Below are positions 58,447 to 64,000 of a stretch of DNA of 64,000 nucleotides, piece after piece; the first letter of the stretch is position 1, and every line of letters begins with the position of its first letter. The stretch comes from Gekko japonicus (Eukaryota). The DNA lies in contig NW_015164710.1 of assembly GCF_001447785.1 (NCBI RefSeq), forward strand, positions 124,281 through 188,280. The letters run 5' to 3'. The notes below the pieces were generated by a model. It had not been told where the DNA came from. It was given only the letters and a program-made list of their open reading frames with translations, and did not search any database. The translations under genes and the position numbers were made by a program.

Positions 58447-61400
58447 CACGTCACCCCCTCCCTGATCCTTTTTACTGGAGATGCTGGGGATTGAACCTGG
58501 GAACTTCTGCATGCAAAGCAGAGAGTCTTCCAGTGAGCCACAGCCCATCCCAAACTGTATCTTTGTTGAAAATAAATATTCAAATGTAATTGCAAAGGTG
58601 TGTGTGTGGGGTGGGGGTGGGGATGTTGGCGTGTGTGTTTAGGAATAAGCGGAGGTTTTCCGAAACAAAACTAGGGAGTGCAGATTGGCCTTTACAAATC
58701 CCATGTAATGGGGAGGTGCGGGCCCATAGGTTTTTGGCATAAAGACTGAAAATGTAGCTTATCAAGCAGCCCTATCACTGTCCTCCAGTACAGAGGTCTG
58801 CAACCTTTCACAGAGCCAACCTATGTCAAAATTCATAGCTAGAGATCAACAAAGAGGCAGTATAAGAAAGTCCATTTACATAACTGAAGCAGTGCAACTT
58901 ACCAATAATTGACATATAGATCAAGAATCCATAAGGTTTCTGTAGCCTGAATGGTGGTTGTAGCAAGTCCTTTCTTAGCACATGGCACACACGAGGTTGC
59001 ACAATAAGTAATAAAGATACACCCTGTGCCATTGTAGACTTGACAAATCTGTGCATGGGTTGCCCTTGGGTTCCTGGCAGCTGTTCACCTCTGTAATTTC
59101 CATTCTGTAAAGCATCTTCAAGAATCCCTTCAGTCCTCATAAATATCTTTGCCCGCCCTTCCCTTCACACGCTGTTTATTTTAGTATCACACCTACCCCT
59201 CCAGGTATGGTAACTGAAAGATTTCCCCCCCCCTTTTTTAAAAGCCATATTTGGTACCATACTGAACCACATCTGGCTTTAGAGCCATGGTCTGCAGGCC
59301 TCTGCTCCTGCAGACAGGCAATAGACATGGTTGAGAATGTGATTTTGGAAAGGAGGCTGAGAACAGGACCATGAGAATGATTTGAATGCTAGAGAATCAA
59401 GCTGTGGAAGACAGCAGATGGTGACTGTTGGCACAGGCAATATCTGGTGTAGAAAGAAGAGAGAAGACGACCTTGCTGACAACCTATCAGGAGGAAAAGG
59501 GAAGGGTGGGCGATTTACCCAGATATCTTCATAAAGGGAAGAAAGGATTGCCTGTTAGCTGTTTAATTTAGCAGTTTAATATTATGAGGCATGAGAACAT
59601 AAGACTAGTTAACTGCCAGAAAGAGAGAGGTCGATATTTGCAAGATAACCTTGCTATGCTAGTGCAGCCCAATCCTGTGTAAAAGTGAGCCTTCAGTGGG
59701 GCTTTTTCCTAAGTAAGTGCATGTAAGATTGAAGCCTCTGGTTGTTAGAAAAGTGGCTTGCCTTGGCCCGGCACCAGCATGGTTGGGATTTCGGAGAAAC
59801 AAGTGTTCAAAACAAAAAAAAAGCCACTTGTTTCTATTTCCCCACAGCCCTGCTTAAATAGCCACATTGTCCTCCGGAGGTTTAAAAGCTCTTGGGAGTT
59901 CTCATTCTGATGCCGATCAAAGAGGCTTGTTTCTTTCTAACCCAGCCTCTCTGTAATCCTATTGGAAAACTTGCTGTTTGCAGAGTTGAATATTGGAGTA
60001 TTTCAAAGTGGCTGTCACATGAGCAGATTACTCACCTGCCGACACGTCTGTCCTGAAGTGAACTTGGGAATAGAGTCCTCGGCTTGTGGATCGGGAAGGA
60101 GGGTAATGCAAGGGCTGCTGCTGTTTCTGGAACGTTCAGTTCAAAGGCATCTCTGCGTTGTGGTGCGGAAAGGACAAATAGCTGTGTAGTCTTAGAATCA
60201 TAGAATGTTAGAGTTGGAACGGACCTTGCAGGTCATCTAGTCCAACCCCCGGCACTCTGCAGGAGCACTTTTGAAGTTCCCCGTTCACCTATAGAATGTG
60301 CATTCCACGATTCCCCCTCACCCCATGAGACTGCATATACTTGTAGCAAAAACAGTGTTCAGCAAGTGGCCCTCTGCCTTGGGGGCCGGCCTGTTTGTAT
60401 AGTTCTTTCTCAGTGAGGCCTCCTTGGCCTGTTTGTTGTTTTCCTTGGAAGAAACCTGGTAGAGCTCCCTAAGTGCCTTCAGATACATCTCTCAGGGCTT
60501 GGATGAGTTCCAGTCACATGCCATAAGCCTCAGAACTCATTGGTCTGATTCTTTCCATAAGAGAGGTTACAAAACACTCTGCACCAACCAGGGAGTGACG
60601 TGTGTAGTTTAATCTTCCAAGATGAATCCCAGGGTCTCCCTGCATAGCATTTACCTGGTTGGTCCAAGGCTGCCCGACCTCTCTGTGACATCAGAGCAGC
60701 AAAGCTGGCAGCCATGTGGGTCTCTTGACCAATCGTCTGATCCTGTTATGACAGAACAGGTCAGCCACTCACGGGTGGGTGATACAGCCTTCAGGGTGCG
60801 ATGCAGCCGGTCATGACATACTGCTGTTTGGTGCCAAATCTGCAATGCAGCTATCCTTGATTCGTGTGACAGCTGAGATCTAGGAAATGAGAAGCTGTCA
60901 TAGGAGAGGGGCCAATTCAGAGGCAGCAAACCTCTTTTCAGAGGCAAGAAACTTCTGAATACCAGTGCTAGGAGGCAGCATCAGGGGAAGACTTCAGCCT
61001 CTATGCTCTGTTGGCCCTCAAGAGGAACTGGTTGGCCACTGTGTGAGACAGGATGCTGGACTAGATGGACCACTGGTCTGGCCCAGCAGTGCTTTTCTTC
61101 TGTTCTTATGGCTGTGGCTGTGGCTGTTCTTATGGCTGTGGTTCATTGGTAGAGCATCTGCTTGACATGCAGAAGGTCCCAGGTTCAATCCCCCAGCATC
61201 TGCAGTTACAAGGATCAAGTGGTAGGTGATGTGAAAGACGCCTACCTCAGACCTTGGAGAGCTGTTGGCCACTCTGAGCAGACAGTATTGACTCTGATGG
61301 ACCCATGGGCTGATTTAGTATAAGACAGTTTTATGTGCCTGTTCACTGAATTCTTTTTCCAGAGGATGTGAGTTTGACTGGAGGCCAGCCTTATGTCTTG

Positions 61401-62334
61401 CCTTACAAAATGTTTTTATTCCATTGCGTGGAGATGAATACCAGCTGTTCTGCATGGTGAAAGGAAGACCATGACAAGGCTTGTGAAGGAGTGGTAGTGT
61501 TCCAGCCACTCGCTCCCTACAAGTCTAGAACTGGAATTCTTTAGAGTCTGGTTGTGGCAGCAGTTTTGGACAGCTGAAAGTCCACGCAAATGCTGAACTT
61601 GGCCTAACTTTCTTTGCCCTGTATGAAAGTCATTTCCAGGCCCTAATGGGGCTTCTGGCACTGGGTAGTCTTGAGAGCCGTATTTAACCCATGATAAATA
61701 ATGTTAAAGCTTCAGGTCTAATCATTCATTTAGCAGCCATGGATAGCGAGTGTGGACTTAGCTGCTTTCAGATTGACCTGTTTTGTCTGGCCGGGCTTCT
61801 GCCATCTATGAGCTTCATCACTAAATAAGGAGTTCATCTGTTTGATTTTGTGATCCAACGAATGTGCCTGATCCTCAGTCATACCAGAAAATGTAGCCCA
61901 TTGTAGTTAGTGGGTACCCAGGTGCCAGAATACCCTTTCTTTGGTCTGAAACGAGGATTGTCAGTGGGAATGGGGATTAGGGCTGGGGTCTCCATTGTGT
62001 TCTATGGTGGGACCTGCTTTGAGGTAGATGTTTAATAGCATAGTTGTGGGTTTAGGATTACAAAAGAGTAGATGAGAAGTAAGAACAATTTGGGTGTGTG
62101 CATGTCTATATCTGTGTGTGCACTTGGAATTACATCTTGGTCTTCTTTATGGCTCCTGTGTAGTCACACAAATTAGATCTCCCTGTGTGCAGAGTTAGTT
62201 TTGGAACATCCTTGGGCTTTAAGCAAGCACTGGCGCTCATCCCTTCTTTCTCATGGAGGCAGTCCTGTTTTGACTTACAAAAGAAAACATGCCAGCAGCA
62301 AGTCAAGATTGTTGTGGCCATGTAGTGTAGAACC

Positions 62335-63112
62335 CTAGAATCATAAGAGTTGGAAGGGACCTCACAATGCAGGAAATTCACAACCAATGTTCCCTCTAAG
62401 CTGTAGAGTCTTGTGAGCAAAAATTCTACCCTGTGAGCTACTGGCATTAAAACTGTGAGCGAGTGACTTGGCTACTGCATACATTAGTTTGCTCTGGAGC
62501 CCTCCTTCCTGAGGTAAGACAAAAGTGTGTGAGCCAGAGGCTAAAAAACTGTGAGCTAGCTCACCCTAACTCAGTTTAGAGGGAACACTGTTCACAACTA
62601 CCTCCCCCTCCACACCCCCAGTGACTGCTGTTTTACTCCCAGGACAAAAAACTTCCAGGATCTCCGGCGAAACTGGCCTGGAGAAAAATTGCTTCCTGGC
62701 CCCAAAGTGGTGATCAGCGTTTCCCTGCACGTGTAAGAAAGGGCCGTGAGAACTAAGCACTGATGCAACCCTATTCACAGAATCAGCCTTGCTGACAGAT
62801 GGCCATCGAGCCTCTATTTGAAAACTTCCAAGGAAGGACAGCCCACCACCTCCCGAGGAAGCCTGTTCCACTGAGGCTCTGTCAGGAAGTTCTTCCTAAT
62901 GTTTAGCTGAAAACTCTTTGGATTCAATTTCAACCTGCTGGTTCTGGTCTGACCTTCTGGGGCAACAGAAAAGAACTCCGTACCATCCTCTAGAATACAC
63001 CCCTTCAAGTACTTGAAGATGGTTATCATATGACCTCTCAGTCGTCTCCTCTCCAGGCTAAACATACCCAGCTCCCTTCAGCCTTTCCTCATAGACCCCT
63101 CACCATCTTTGC
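62335..63112 (-). mobile_element. CR1 LINE 3' portion (ORF2 C-terminus and 3' UTR) with nested MITE
   Basis: MFSLERRRLRGHMITIFKYLKG...LNIRKNFLT..WNRLPREVV..PSLEVFK; terminus CTTCCAACTCTTATGATTCTAG on the minus strand. Confidence 0.93.
62385..62590 (-). mobile_element. hAT-type MITE family A
   Basis: Perfect TSD TTCACAAC (62377-62384, 62591-62598). Confidence 0.94.
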
Positions 63113-64000
63113 TAAATTAGCTAGATCATGCCCATTTATAGCAAATCATTTTCTAGTATCCTCCAGGAGCCCTAGCACATTTTAAACACAATCTGGTGGT
63201 GGTGGTGGGGCAACTCCAAAATCTGCCCACAGTTTTCACAAAGGTTTTCGAAAACGGTATGTAACGACAAAGATTTCCCCTGCATGTTAAACACTACCTC
63301 TCTCTTTGAGTCTCTTATGAAGAGCCAACAGTTAATCATAGAAGGAATCTGTGTATATTTTCATTTTGTTGTCTCATGGGCTTCCCCCTCTTAAAGGACC
63401 ATTGCCAAAAATTTGCCCCTTATGGGCAGCCTTTGGGAAGTGTTTGTATGTATTCATTTACTCTCCAGCTTATTGATGATCTCTTACTATCCCAAGCTCG
63501 TATGTTCTGGTGCTGTGGACCCCCTGTTTGCAAGGTGATGCCAACTTGATTATGCAACTGGGCCACATATGAGCCGGGAAGTCTGCGTGGGGACACATCT
63601 CTCCCATCCCGGACCACTGTCTGTTGAAATGAGAGGGGGCTGAGGATGCAGGTGCCCTGATTTAATGCCACAAGCCTCCAGACTGCATGTTTCTATTACT
63701 ACATGACAGTGTGTGATACCACCACCAGTGCTTACTTCCCTAGCTGTCATCAGTCGGGCAGAACACTTCTGTGACAAGCCTAGAAAGCAGACCTTGGACT
63801 GTGGGCTTGCTTCTCAGCCAATAATGTCACAGTGAAGCAAGGGACCAGCCTGTGTTTATGTATGTGTGTGTGTGTGATGGGGGAGGTGAGCCAGGGACAT
63901 AATGTCCTTAATCCATTTTTAATCAGGAAAGTGAAATGCGCTGTCCTAATCAGGTAGCACTACAGCCGCCATGCCAAGTCATGCCGCGTTTTGATCGAGG

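Noticed and set aside
61133-61205. tRNA gene (Ala-like); also 13645-13716
   Set aside because: SINE heads with broken stems that run into retroposon tails.
56556-64000. LRP1 exon 4 (EGF-like repeat)
   Set aside because: No Cys-patterned EGF exon with proper splice sites was recognised; it probably lies downstream of the window.

Overview
Vertebrate genomic DNA from a squamate reptile, most consistent with a gecko (inferred from the repeat content: Sauria SINE, BovB, Squam3-type SINE). No prokaryotic features are present. The whole window appears to lie inside the LRP1 gene on the + strand. Two coding exons are present: exon 2 (40292-40414, first LDL-receptor class A repeat) and exon 3 (56418-56555, second repeat). 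I did not find exon 1 or exon 4, so intron 1 is probably >40 kb; intron 2 is 16,003 bp. The introns are packed with mobile DNA: a decayed DIRS1-type tyrosine-recombinase retrotransposon (1-5287; gag, RT/RNase H, methyltransferase-like domain, YR, ICR/ITR), a second older DIRS remnant, BovB, CR1 and L2 LINE fragments, at least four SINE families (one derived from 5S rRNA), many hAT-type MITEs with 8-bp TSDs, Penelope-type inverted fragments with decayed hammerhead-like motifs, and a solo LTR. The most unusual item is a TSD-flanked chimeric retro-insertion (20656-21007): a 24-nt Sauria SINE tail fused to a CpG-island-like sequence with NRF1 motifs and a splice donor, with the empty site preserved in an adjacent tandem duplicate. 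Most ORFs in the supplied track are spurious or come from transposable elements. Family names come from motif recognition, not from database searches.
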